Shown here one piece after another: positions 12,001-17,736 of a stretch of DNA of 64,000 bases (positions within the stretch are counted from its first letter, which is position 1; each line of letters starts with the position of its first letter). The stretch is from positions 312 to 64,311 of the forward strand of contig JAZDFA010000012.1 of NCBI GenBank assembly GCA_043808285.1. The letters run 5' to 3'. The notes below the pieces were generated by a model. That model saw nothing but the letters and a program-made list of their open reading frames with translations. It was not told where the DNA came from and made no database searches. The translations under genes and the position numbers were made by a program. The stretch is from an archaeon. GTDB lineage: Archaea; Nanobdellota; Nanobdellia; Pacearchaeales; DTIR01.

Positions 12001-13174
12001 ATTATTCAGCGCATGGATTACCTGGATAATTTTCTTCCTAGTTCTTCCATTGATATACTTTGGAATAAAACTTTATGGAAAATACAGGCTTGAAAGAATG
12101 AAGAAATCAAGATACATTATGCCTTCATTCGAGACACTGCCAAAAGATGGAGAGACCGCAATGGATTTGGGAAAAATAGCAGAGACAGACAAGAAGGCAT
12201 TCTTTGACATGGATGACTTAACTACTCACTTAATTGCAGCAGGAACTACTGGTTCAGGAAAGACAGTTTCAGCCATGGTATTGGCTGAGGAGATATTGAG
12301 AAAGAACAGGTCAGTTGTAGTATTCGACCCAACCGCACAGTGGACAGGATTCCTTGCTCCAAACAAAGACAAGAAGATGTTTGAGATGTACAAAAAGTTT
12401 GGATTAAAGAAAGAGGATACAAGGGCGTTTAAGGGAATGATACTAGATATAACCGACCCCAAGCAGGAAATAGATATAAGAGATTATCTCAAGCCTGGAG
12501 AGATAACTGTGTTTACATTGAACAGGCTTACAACAGAGCAATTCGATGTTGCTGTAAGAAACATAATAGGAGCAATATTCAAGCAGCATTGGGAGGAAAG
12601 CTCTGGATTGAAAGTATTGGTAGTGTTCGATGAAGTGCACAGACTGCTTGAGAAATACGGAGGAAAGGGGGGGTATACTGCACTTGAAAAGGCATGCAGA
12701 GAATTCAGAAAGTGGGGCATTGGAATTATGATGATATCCCAGATATTAGGAGATTTCAAAGATGCAGTCAAGGGTAACATATTAACTGAAATACAGCTGC
12801 ACACTAAAGGCGAAGAAGATATAGAGAGAGTAAGAAAGAAATACGGAGACTCTTATGCAGAGAGACTTACAAAGCAGCAGATTGGAGTAGGATTAATGCA
12901 AAATCCAAAATATAACGGTGGCAAGCCATGGTTTGTAAACTTCAGGCCTCTGCTTCACTCACCTCACAAGCTGTTCGAGGAAGAATTAGAAACATACAAG
13001 AAGCTTGGAGCAGAAATAGTTTCAATGAAGAAGAAGGTCAAGGACATGCAGGAGAAGAAAATAGAAACAAGAGACTTGGAGCTGGAACTCAAATTGGCAG
13101 AGGACAAGCTCAAAGTAGGCTCATTCAAGATGGTAGAGATTTACTTAGAGGGATTAAGAAGAAGATTCCAATAA
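2..13174 (+). CDS. giant surface protein (5'-partial), fused through one TM helix to a cytoplasmic HerA/DUF87-like P-loop ATPase
   Basis: The 13.1-kb ORF is uninterrupted and its frame stays open to base 2, so the true N-terminus lies upstream of the window. I count 9 N-x-S/T sequons in the first ~105 residues, with similar density throughout. It contains ~1-kb super-repeats and many CARDB/Ig-like signatures (for example IKNLGNVRLTF, IINTGNVPLIA). A 32-residue Gly/Ala hinge is followed by two beta-sandwich-like domains and the hydrophobic helix FSAWITWIIFFLVLPLIYFGIKLY. After that come DMDDLTTHLIAAGTTGSGKT (Walker A, 12242-12265) and VLVVFDEVH (Walker B, 12614-12640), then a C-terminal coiled coil. 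Confidence 0.9.
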   Translation, partial: PNITESAVSVTYLAGNESKVNRSSGISTLSIRIRDTENNTYSNNVNTTFWVTTQNGNWDSGNMVNTNISGTAIYNFTPSCSPYYEAGVQNWTGGVSDACYQDVNLSDWVNTTVYGILSTYLTPIVIPSYSHPPTKAEYLRGSNITIIANFTDECSNLKDVGVVNITAIQNNTETEFQCKNILSQSIGYYNCTFNTSANPSIMPTRWYHVKINGTKQYYNMSSSFNQDAFWIETKPILNNSNYTTSDNVNMGGWGETWIFMTNVTNEDEDLLDVSLWLLKEGQGWQNPYSLLITDNFSTVTAIGPLAFTADDRGNWSYMWNVTEINGTDAYTGEADVWNDTTSISNITLINDDVSIVCKRGCNGVLNRTNASDIVTFKAEVDDSDRNQVIATVTDSGSIYVTSNEDTELLNSSQYQWVTDISELGTDSGGFIQWDFPTLTRCTYLIGPQKWRVEFIADGWKPTNSSFFNVTLTTNPLTVAIASTKYNYSIRRGDDPIPFSGNVSDDCGLLTNASVQFSVPEQNARFINTSNNAWYNYSVYPQNHSSWNYGVHNLTINASKKYYNGSATAWEYSSFRILTNPRAYNPTASSRATGIGASDGGWGEVWTFNVTVVDLDQIESGLNEVLNITLWLNTSNGWRIANSTTCIGTCQTPQVMRFVQTNDFSCNDVSSLQGPIFYQFNVTDAYGYNNETNSTINLQKDSVFVQFVSDPLSINRESGVGLFSMRAMDTDISDSWLGSGVSTRFWFTTNGASYDELYSNTTNLSGSSIYSFDPGCSINATTQRWKAGTYNDVCYENRNFTIPFTQYSFDVYGNIRDYLVSPAANQTYAVGDSVSVRMNATSDCGYGISNLSVIWIQDTNPNNQTGNCSATINDEGEGYYNCTWDTSFHVGGWYDLRMQANKSYYYSNLTVWNDWVYLNNTAPTAGNFSVTPTFEGWGKTYSFYSDVYDAQRENVTCKIYVSTNNQSTWAVKNQTILNTLSGNGNAVCNLTVSNFGCSDIGTDNYFKFELSDGTNILNTTINGGPNITRDDAYIEYISGNNTLVNRAGINTTLLVARIYDVDRNNLTVSGINGTFWITRDLVNFQTQQITQTNSSGYLNYSFDPGCSPKYEVAKQYWFAGINDACYTLMNLSVNYSLNITGDLVSEVAYVYNDQDPFSPPINVTKGEQNVTIDSIIKDECGTEQEGANVIIYLMNVSGYQYPCDPVEYQGSGIYRCMENTSYMSAKWYSVIINATRPFMNPQYVEENNIFYIQTRPLLTDLQCLNCPRGWGETFSFNVTISDEDEDNVTLELFVQKPNSGAWVKREEINLIAPIVNRQVTLNSSAGFFECPTNLGIGGFRFDATDSRFLTRSEVNNLTVERDDIEIIHSSGNNGLWWRNGTHTLLLSLLVRDTDRDLSLGAGQDGTFRVTKNGAETFDSGKTEFTNESGYLNYEFTEDFLPEPICNYSLGVQTWNAGVNGICYKEKYSSNYSMTRKSVLKPVIIMPNGEGYIRGGNIPLIGRVEDECSNSTYGVENTTVIYRLDSGSNVYICTLDTNNGWQENGGSYNCSWNSASRSTGYYNLMMNSTKGFYEDNFTYRTNSFHLGNMPKLFDPSVDHSSGGWGETYTFSVLAADADFQWINVSLWGSYDNSTWYMLNITSVRGINRTVNFQNRFWCGNMSTNADTGIKYFKFTVYDPYNYSDETIPKSINLTYDDVTASVTTNTTYNVRRVGQSATLEFRIRDTDMTGIPSGNRYGEYPSGASGNMWITQNTSDYSFYYTCTSNGGYCNRTYDPSCNSTVGIQNWTGGVMDSCYLPINSSRTNLQVFGQLYPIITNPFSGKIINRNTTTYFNATIVDDCDAVISPAVSRWYNDTLNFIALGNNTAWNVSALYDLGAEIIRINSTQQYYDNGTNSSSIYVYGWAEVRNIIPLNGTKFYSGSYVESICTIRDANTEQPISGYSVSFYKNDTLQNISITDSNGNATWTWYTLSDPDGLYNVSCNISSSIGLYYNVSLAVNSTIIEIERPLRITEISKDNSNIFRNDSFNPHYSNLTIKVVEASLGASQNANVSFYNQTAGYLGYCITNSRGKCSFIFNATDDVTPDIYTLYFNATKTGTKSSSTNVTTVKVMSVAYGSITEPVNGSEFPKNDIISLSVDVWDENNNTFTATVKWYNETAQVASGMSTILVLNSQNTGWRNITSLITRNCLNDSSQLCSSTGTSEVFILVRSLSDVGFIYPLANSNVTILQKFNATCRVYDDSTSQAIPNYPVKMWYTPTGGAYNYLGEFFTNGSGDATYEYYPLIKGNLTFKCNITDNQTLQYATNIYESESTFNVRDTLPPLINYTLIEPYQRIEANYNYTNITASIIDEIGINAAWAQIKLPNGTLANVTLEKYPNIITYRIIENASVSTSAGFTYMENISDYGIMHYFNITIYNSGNETFYFNLTVNDIAVAYNQPAVNGTNTTLNAIYNSSSFGAPDNYTIKVGVMNASGYNLNLSYISFMNYRVNVTRYVGKYIPPIGGTYNVTVFAQDLMPEGNINSINAGQIYVWGTSSSGLANIPSQQIASGITQTGNYSFNLTLNFSNLGPATAYSVNITVFDNSNYTVYSSNLTNCGNVSANSSCTMKLNITLNPATPPVVITVYSFAVWSNADKTSQNVQNLTNILVSENPVVDILESDITNNATHDDTTLVGNITILSHGNAEITDVALQTLGGNLALDCPLCNVQFIPNETGLLLAGENISSNIYLTVPAGQAPGVYWSKIRVTTSNAGYDEILLNITIPLNNTWIRRHNSNLGVILAPLNTSGGVGTMQIKNLGNVRLTFNLYRSEAAAPLISLQTPTFDLQKLVERNVSINFSVAAGTTPGLYYGRILSMVRDENTNTAYPTDISSGQIAVINFTLNVTDIPPTISDANVTPTSFEVIYDTVNVSANITDNFAVGIAWINVTMPNGMTYSERMNKSGNTYSTNYNTSIPGVHQVRICANDTQELEVCGSIINVTASENTTVLASPNSTVITLRNISLSDGQNFSISIDVNNTGYSRAFGVNLTIDNISNWYSEPYFFGIGTLLKQQSYTNITSIFVPAGLYPGNYSINFTTNWTNLNGINDVNTTNLTVRVLSNPLLDVLENSMNMTVYTGGWNTQNFTLSSIGNDNATSINFSCSSGAVCNNFTVEFNPMNLSYLSAGAWDSIRVNVSVPVNFPTGSYYGVISAIAARNVLTSVPIHVAIPVNISWEQTPLIITREVVAGKTGPFGDVKIINTGNVPLIAELLTYGNASAYLGLNVSSPLSIGAGETSFIGISFDAPAPSMKTNYIGYLATINNSAVISQQTTTLNLTVHPFFANITSPTEAKPKINVSGGDVINASVNITYRGVILSDSIVFNVMLQNSTFSTNASIIAASYSLANRLWLVNFTAPNLASGHAYDLNITANYTLQKIAYFDVENSSIIYIDNTPPFVDIDVPTDVPGNTTAFISINATDSGGIKNVTANLTDPQNATSSLIVLNFSYRDGNIYVYDFGFTNTTLVGIYKITARACDISGNCNFSTSQFGVFPRLWFVGRTVNEEDPLKPAIVVNFVFYEAGTNTVIYNFSSNALGYYNQSLQVRTYDLVFTLFNDTIKMFNVTLDSDLYNPIVFGKIPLALIGDGSIKGITYTTVINSSLGKIEFSLSQCLIYGECGSLTGLTIDNLGIYTCNGWVRYNGCRNSTWQRGGGVFENGTKSIYYYYGDNSSIAGTWTFSAAKYICGNGVCEELTGESTATCPRDCPGGGGAGAGGGAGGGGAGGGGGGGAEGGGGGGGKKGETGPIQINVPVIDITIYPGETKIFAVEITNTKGTSIDGTLSVEGPVWKIIELQKSEFVVANKMTESIQVKVSPDAKTLPGIYTGDLIIDAGGEKRRVPITVAVEILQEPLLDVVIKMLTNKVRPGDDLKFEISVVNMGGTTTVEDVVLNYSLRNLEFENITLSSSEETIAVSDVSTFKKTIKIPTSAISGKYLVDVKARYWYARKHASASESFDIYVDVPPMAMLKKLFSAWITWIIFFLVLPLIYFGIKLYGKYRLERMKKSRYIMPSFETLPKDGETAMDLGKIAETDKKAFFDMDDLTTHLIAAGTTGSGKTVSAMVLAEEILRKNRSVVVFDPTAQWTGFLAPNKDKKMFEMYKKFGLKKEDTRAFKGMILDITDPKQEIDIRDYLKPGEITVFTLNRLTTEQFDVAVRNIIGAIFKQHWEESSGLKVLVVFDEVHRLLEKYGGKGGYTALEKACREFRKWGIGIMMISQILGDFKDAVKGNILTEIQLHTKGEEDIERVRKKYGDSYAERLTKQQIGVGLMQNPKYNGGKPWFVNFRPLLHSPHKLFEEELETYKKLGAEIVSMKKKVKDMQEKKIETRDLELELKLAEDKLKVGSFKMVEIYLEGLRRRFQ
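60..5420 (+). repeat. in-frame ~1-kb (~335 aa) super-repeats inside the giant ORF
   Basis: (G/R/E)GWG(E/K) codons start at 752, 1796, 2801, 3800 and 4799, giving spacings of 1044, 1005, 999 and 999 nt. Each unit also carries an R.RD.D...FW.T...Y.F.P.C...Q.W.(A/G)G...CY block. The units are diverged at the DNA level. Confidence 0.8.
11216..11311 (+). other. poly-Gly/Ala hinge (32 codons, GC-rich GGN tract) in the giant protein
   Basis: The translation is GGGGAGAGGGAGGGGAGGGGGGGAEGGGGGGG. It sits immediately before the membrane-proximal beta-sandwich domains. The antisense poly-Pro ORF at 11092..11361 is its shadow. Confidence 0.9.
12130..12960 (+). other. HerA/DUF87-like ATPase domain (cytoplasmic part of the giant protein)
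   Basis: It has Walker A GTTGSGKT, Walker B hhhhDE (VLVVFDEVH), and a downstream GIGIMMISQ segment. The ...L..H..I.G.TGSGKT context is typical of HerA/DUF87-type ATPases. It follows the only C-terminal TM helix. Confidence 0.65.
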
Positions 13175-13210
13175 TCTTTTTCTCTCCCTCCTTTTTTCTT
13201 TTTTGTTTGA
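13175..13210 (+). terminator. oligo-T terminator region after the giant gene
   Basis: T5, T6 and T6 runs lie at 13177-13181, 13192-13197 and 13199-13204, directly after the TAA stop. Archaeal terminators are oligo-T tracts. Confidence 0.5.
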
Positions 13211-13282
13211 GATATATTAAAATCTTCTATCCCACCTCTCAATTAGAATTAAACTCTAATGGACCAGACGTGCTTTGTACCG

Positions 13283-13320
13283 GTGGTACAAATCACTTGG
13301 GTTTGAACTACTTCTAGATG
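13283..13320 (+). repeat. 38-bp direct repeat, left copy, flanking the TA cassette
   Basis: gtggtAcaaatcacttgggtttgaactacttctAgatg matches 13960-13997 at 36 of 38 positions. Confidence 0.9.
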
Positions 13321-13377
13321 ATTCTTAGGGCATTTTGTTTAAAAAAGATTAGCATAATTGTATATAGAAATTGAGGT

Positions 13378-13659
13378 CTATCTTTTGTAAACTTTATCAT
13401 GATGGTCAAAGTCTAGAAATTTAATTTTATTCTCTTCTTTGATAAAGCTGAAAACAAGAATAAAATGCCCTATATGAACTCTTTTTTTATCTTTCAAATC
13501 ATATCTGAGATTCTTGTAATGCTCAACATCTGAAGAGTTTATTATTTCTTCAATTTTCTTGAGTACCTGTTCATATAACTCCTTATCTTTTTTTGACAGT
13601 TTATTGAGGATTTTTTGCAAAGAAGGAATCACCTCATAAACATACATTTTAATCCTCAA
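13378..13659 (-). CDS. RelE/ParE-superfamily type II toxin (archaeal RelE-like)
   Basis: This 93-aa protein carries ...YKNLRYDLKDKKRVHIGHFILVFSF...FLDFDHHDKVY, a typical small RelE-like pattern. It overlaps the upstream antitoxin gene by 11 nt. Confidence 0.65.
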   Translation of the reverse strand: MRIKMYVYEVIPSLQKILNKLSKKDKELYEQVLKKIEEIINSSDVEHYKNLRYDLKDKKRVHIGHFILVFSFIKEENKIKFLDFDHHDKVYKR

Positions 13660-13888
13660 TTATCTTTCTTAATTGATTAATATTATTAAAATTTATTCCT
13701 TTTTCTTTCTCAAGAAGCTGTAATTTTTCAAGGTATTCTGGCCTTAATTCAGGCTCTAAAATATTTGCCCCGCATTCTATAACTATCTTTGTGATTGCCT
13801 CGCTTTTTGTCTTTAAGTTATACCTAGCTTTCACTATATTTAGTATCTGGTTTGCTTCTTTAGGAATTTCGATCATTGCTTGTACCAT
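13649..13888 (-). CDS. antitoxin partner (resembles the archaeal DUF2683-type MVQA...NIVKA.Y.LK.KSEAI family)
   Basis: This 79-aa protein lies immediately upstream of the toxin and overlaps it. The N-terminal MVQAMIEIPKEANQILNIVKARYNLKTKSEAI pattern supports the call. Confidence 0.55.
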   Translation of the reverse strand: MVQAMIEIPKEANQILNIVKARYNLKTKSEAITKIVIECGANILEPELRPEYLEKLQLLEKEKGINFNNINQLRKIIED

Positions 13889-13959
13889 TTTTCCTCATAT
13901 ATATTTAATATATATATCATATATATACTATGTATATAAACCTTTCGTTCAAAAAACTA

Positions 13960-13997
13960 GTGGTGCAAATCACTTGGGTTTGAACTACTTCTTGATG
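13960..13997 (+). repeat. 38-bp direct repeat, right copy, flanking the TA cassette
   Basis: See 13283-13320. The two copies are 677 bp apart and enclose only the TA pair. Confidence 0.9.
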
Positions 13998-14005
13998 CTT
14001 TTCTA

Positions 14006-14126
14006 ATGTCAAGAACACTTGACACAAACTACACACCCGCAAAAAACTCTGGTTTTTTTGGGCATAGGAAATCTTATTAGATTTCCTCTGTTTAGGGTGA
14101 AAGTAAAACTCAAGGAATTTTTTGAT
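14006..14126 (+). ncRNA. short copy of the hairpin element (candidate structured RNA or regulatory DNA)
   Basis: By my hand alignment it matches the first ~95 nt and the last ~25 nt (gtaaaactcaaggaattttttgat) of the 44984-45278 element at roughly 85% identity. It keeps hairpins gtcaag/cttgac, aaaaaac/gtttttt and aggaaatc/gatttcct. The ORF at 14019..14231 over it is probably spurious. Confidence 0.3.
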
Positions 14127-14274
14127 ATATCAGTTTTTCGCAAAATTGCCCCAATATCCCAATTATCACTATTTTTTTTATTTTTTATCCTGAAATATGA
14201 TATAAGGATAAATTTTAACAGTAAAATTTAAATAATTTTTATTACTTATAGGTAATACAGAATAAGAGAGTAAA

Positions 14275-15792
14275 ATGGTAAAAAAGGTGGTACTTGTCAA
14301 TTATAATTCATATCCCACAACGTTAAGCTCTTTTCTTCCAGACAATGGATTAGCAGGGCTCGCTGCATGCCTCAAGAAAGAAGGGTATGACACAGTAATA
14401 CTTGATTATAACACCCCAGACATAATAAATAAGCTCTATTCTAAAGAACAATCAGAAATAGAAAGCAGGGAAGAAAGATATTGCAAAGAGATAGCAGATT
14501 ATATTACCTGTATTGATGACCTCTGTTTTGTAGGGTTCAAACTCTGGACAGGAAATGGCTTTAAGGGTTCTGTCAAGATTGCAGAGAATATAAAGAAAAG
14601 AGACAAAGCAATAAGGATTTTTGGAGGAGGCCCGCACGTCTCAACGTTCAAGGATGAGATATACAAATATACAGATGTTTTTGATGCGCTTGTCTATGAT
14701 GAAGGAGAGGAGCCAATAGTTGAACTTGGAAAATTTAGCAACGGGAAGATAACATTAGAGAATATCCCAAACATTATTTTTAGAAAAGAAAACAGGATAA
14801 TCACGACAGAAAGAAAAAAGTTATCAGGTCTTGAATGCATGCCATTTCCGGCATATGATCGGGAGACATATCCTTCAATAAACAAAAAGATAAAAATAAT
14901 AGTGAGCGAATGGGCACGGGGCTGTGTAAATGAATGCAATTTCTGCATTCATCCAAAGAAAAGCGGCAAGGGATACAGGTTAAAGAGCATAGAAAGGATA
15001 ATCTCTGAGCTAAAAAACTGCATTAATCAGGGAATAAGAACTTTTAAGAGCGGCGATTCTAACACTCCTTTGAAGCATGCAGAGAAAGTCGCATCAGCGA
15101 TAATAGAAAATTCCCTCGATATAGAATATGCCGGAATCGGTTCTGTGGGCAATATAAGCAGCATTGATTTGAATCTCTTGAAGAAAGCGGGATGGTACAG
15201 CATATTCTTCGGGATAGAATCAGGCAGTGAATATATCTTAAGAAAAGCAATGAACAAGGGGACAGATATCAAAGAGGCGAGAGATACAATAAAAAGAGTA
15301 AAGAATGCAGGAATAAATGCAGTTGCGAGTTTTATAATGCCTTCGCCTTATGAGAGTGAGGAAACAAAAAAGGAGACACTGGAATTTATTCTTGACACAA
15401 TGCCCTCAAGTGCACCAATTAATCTGCCTATGATAATACCTGGAACGGAATGGGCAAGCAACCCCCAGAAATTCGGAATAGAACTCGCAAAAGATTACGT
15501 TTACAAATCAATGTTCTTTAGCCCTACATTATTACTCCAGCCGATAAAATGGAATTTTATGGATTACAGGATTAACGGGAAGGATTTCTTTAAGATTGCA
15601 GAGGAATCAAACAATTTTGCAAAAGAGGTTGAAAGCCGGGGAATAACAACACAGGCAATAGATGACATTATGATAATGGCAGAACACTGCAATATGCCTG
15701 TAACGGAATTCAGGAATGAGATTATAAAACATCTTTCAACAGGCAATCATGAATCTATAGAGAAAATAGTAAATAGAATAAACAGCAGCTAA
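14275..15792 (+). CDS. B12-binding-domain radical SAM enzyme
   Basis: The CxxxCxxC cluster motif is present (GCVNECNFCIHP). The N-terminal Rossmann-like region (VVLVNYN...LAGLAACLKKEGYDTVILDYN) is typical of class B radical SAM proteins. Confidence 0.8.
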   Translation: MVKKVVLVNYNSYPTTLSSFLPDNGLAGLAACLKKEGYDTVILDYNTPDIINKLYSKEQSEIESREERYCKEIADYITCIDDLCFVGFKLWTGNGFKGSVKIAENIKKRDKAIRIFGGGPHVSTFKDEIYKYTDVFDALVYDEGEEPIVELGKFSNGKITLENIPNIIFRKENRIITTERKKLSGLECMPFPAYDRETYPSINKKIKIIVSEWARGCVNECNFCIHPKKSGKGYRLKSIERIISELKNCINQGIRTFKSGDSNTPLKHAEKVASAIIENSLDIEYAGIGSVGNISSIDLNLLKKAGWYSIFFGIESGSEYILRKAMNKGTDIKEARDTIKRVKNAGINAVASFIMPSPYESEETKKETLEFILDTMPSSAPINLPMIIPGTEWASNPQKFGIELAKDYVYKSMFFSPTLLLQPIKWNFMDYRINGKDFFKIAEESNNFAKEVESRGITTQAIDDIMIMAEHCNMPVTEFRNEIIKHLSTGNHESIEKIVNRINSS

Positions 15793-15793
15793 A

Positions 15794-16456
15794 ATGGACA
15801 TCTGGGACATTTATGCCAAGGCGTATGACAGGATAATGCCTTCTCTTTCATATTATAAGGAGCTACTTGGAAAGACAAGCAATGCATTGTCAGGATGCAA
15901 AAAGATTCTAGATGCAGGAACAGGCACAGGAATATTTGCAAGCGCACTTACCTCGGAAGAAAGAGAGATTTATGGCATAGACAGCAATGAGTCAATGCTT
16001 TCCTATGCAAAAAAGAAAATTAAATTGGGAGGTAATCTCAATTTTCTAAAGAGAGATATATGCAAAACAGATTTTGTTGAGGGCTTCTTTGATGGGGTAA
16101 TCTGCATAAATGTGATTTATTCCCTTGATGAGCCAGTTACTACACTGATAGAATTAAGGAGAGTGTTAAAAAAGGAAGGCATTTTTGTTGTTTCAGGACC
16201 AAAGAAAAATGTTGACAAAGGACTTCTGAGCAGGATATTCTACGGGGAAATAAAAAATAATCTGAATTTAGAAGAGATAAGAGATGAACTAAACGCGTTT
16301 GAGGAATGCAATAAAAAACTGCTTTCCGGACTTAAAAATACATACAGCAACAGAGAACTCGAGGAATTGCTTGTTGGAGAAGCAGGTTTTTCAAGGATTA
16401 TTATTTCAGATGAGGCTTTTGCAGGCCAGAATTATTTTATTGTTGCTATGAATTAA
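15794..16456 (+). CDS. class I SAM-dependent methyltransferase
   Basis: Motif I is ILDAGTGTGIFA. The gene starts 2 nt after the stop of the radical SAM gene. Confidence 0.8.
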   Translation: MDIWDIYAKAYDRIMPSLSYYKELLGKTSNALSGCKKILDAGTGTGIFASALTSEEREIYGIDSNESMLSYAKKKIKLGGNLNFLKRDICKTDFVEGFFDGVICINVIYSLDEPVTTLIELRRVLKKEGIFVVSGPKKNVDKGLLSRIFYGEIKNNLNLEEIRDELNAFEECNKKLLSGLKNTYSNRELEELLVGEAGFSRIIISDEAFAGQNYFIVAMN

Positions 16457-16474
16457 ATAAAAAAGAGGTGATAA

Positions 16475-17071
16475 ATGGGATTGGAATTTCATATAGCGAG
16501 AGCTATGAAAGACAAAGAAGAATCATTCAAGGTAAGGTATAAAGTATTTTGCGAGGAATGCTCTCTTATAGATAAAGAGAAGTTTGAAACAGGGATAGAA
16601 ACAGACAAGTATGACTTATCGGACAATACATTCCATTTTGTTGCATTCCATGAGGGAAAGGCAGTTGGAACAGTGCGGCTAATTATCTCTCCTTCTGATA
16701 TGAACGGCAGATACGGGTTTCCTGTAGAGGAAATTGTTGATTTATCTCACTACAAGAAGAATAATGTAAATGTTGCGGAAATATCAAGGTCATGCGCATT
16801 GCCGGAGTATAGGAAGAAAGTGATAATGATGAATCTATGGAAATGCACTTATCAGTTTTCCCGGAAGAATAATATCACCCATTTTTGCACATCTGCCCAT
16901 CCAGGCAAGGCAGAGATGTACGGCAAACTCGGCTTTTTCAAGATAGGGGAAGAAAAAAAATATTCTGCAGTAAGAAACAACCCTGCGCTGCCTTTGATGA
17001 TGATACTTGATAAGATACCAGAGCCATATAAGACATTTTTTGAGGAAGAAAGCAGAAATATCTTTGTATAG
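16475..17071 (+). CDS. GNAT-fold N-acyltransferase resembling N-acyl amino acid / autoinducer-synthase-like enzymes
   Basis: The motifs are FKVRYKVFCEE...ETDKYD....HFVAF.EGKAVGTVRLI....AEISR.....YR. A GGTG Shine-Dalgarno site precedes the ATG. Confidence 0.55.
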   Translation: MGLEFHIARAMKDKEESFKVRYKVFCEECSLIDKEKFETGIETDKYDLSDNTFHFVAFHEGKAVGTVRLIISPSDMNGRYGFPVEEIVDLSHYKKNNVNVAEISRSCALPEYRKKVIMMNLWKCTYQFSRKNNITHFCTSAHPGKAEMYGKLGFFKIGEEKKYSAVRNNPALPLMMILDKIPEPYKTFFEEESRNIFV

Positions 17072-17072
17072 C

Positions 17073-17735
17073 TCAAGAAGGCAGGGATAAATATGGTTCC
17101 ATCTTCGCACCAAGGTTCTTCATATCTGGCAGTTGAGTAAATATTTGTTCTTTTACTAACCTGTCTTTTTTATCCCATTCGCCAAATTGCTTTATAACAA
17201 ATTCGCAGTATTCATGCCCCATCGCAATGCATTTTGTTTCAACACAAAGCATTTTTTTCCCTGTTAACTCTTCTATGTAACCGGCACCCTGCCCCCTCAT
17301 GAAGTGGTCAACAGGCATTTTTTGAATCCCGAAAAATCTTTTATACTCTTCTGCAAGCGTCGACTTGCCAACAACAAGGAAAAGATTTTTTTCAAAATCC
17401 ATCTTAATCCATTTGTATTTTCCAGTTCCTACAATTTCTGACTGGCCCGTGTTGAATTCCAATAATCTTCTTTTGCTTTCTATAGATTTTGCATAGCCAA
17501 AGTGTTTTGCAGTCATCCTGAATCCCTGGATGGCCTGAAACCTGCCAAGATTATAGAGAATATTAGCGGCTTCCTTGGCGTGAAGTTTTTCCATGAGACG
17601 CTGCTGGTAGACAGTAACGTATAATGCGCTTAACAGCCCTGGGATATTCCATAATGTAAGCTTGCCATCTTTATGCTTTATTGCCTTAAGCCGTATAACT
17701 CTTTGAAGCAATGGGGAGGGCTCATTAAAGAACAT
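17073..17735 (-). CDS. V4R (4-vinyl-reductase-type) domain protein
   Basis: The C-terminal GQGAGYIEELTGKKMLCVETKCIAMGHEYCEFVI has the V4R-like G...G...E..C...G...C.F pattern. Confidence 0.6.
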   Translation of the reverse strand: MFFNEPSPLLQRVIRLKAIKHKDGKLTLWNIPGLLSALYVTVYQQRLMEKLHAKEAANILYNLGRFQAIQGFRMTAKHFGYAKSIESKRRLLEFNTGQSEIVGTGKYKWIKMDFEKNLFLVVGKSTLAEEYKRFFGIQKMPVDHFMRGQGAGYIEELTGKKMLCVETKCIAMGHEYCEFVIKQFGEWDKKDRLVKEQIFTQLPDMKNLGAKMEPYLSLPS

Positions 17736-17736
17736 T

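Noticed and set aside
12928-13317. A plus-strand 129-aa ORF overlaps the end of the giant gene and runs into the first 38-bp repeat. The ORFs at 13791..14006 and 14019..14231 belong with it.
   Set aside because: It is out of frame with a strongly supported gene or lies over non-coding repeat or hairpin sequence. The tails ...NHLGLNYF merely reflect the 38-bp direct repeat. They might be remnants of a zinc-ribbon-gene 3' end, but the similarity to ...ILNEVDYF is too weak to call.
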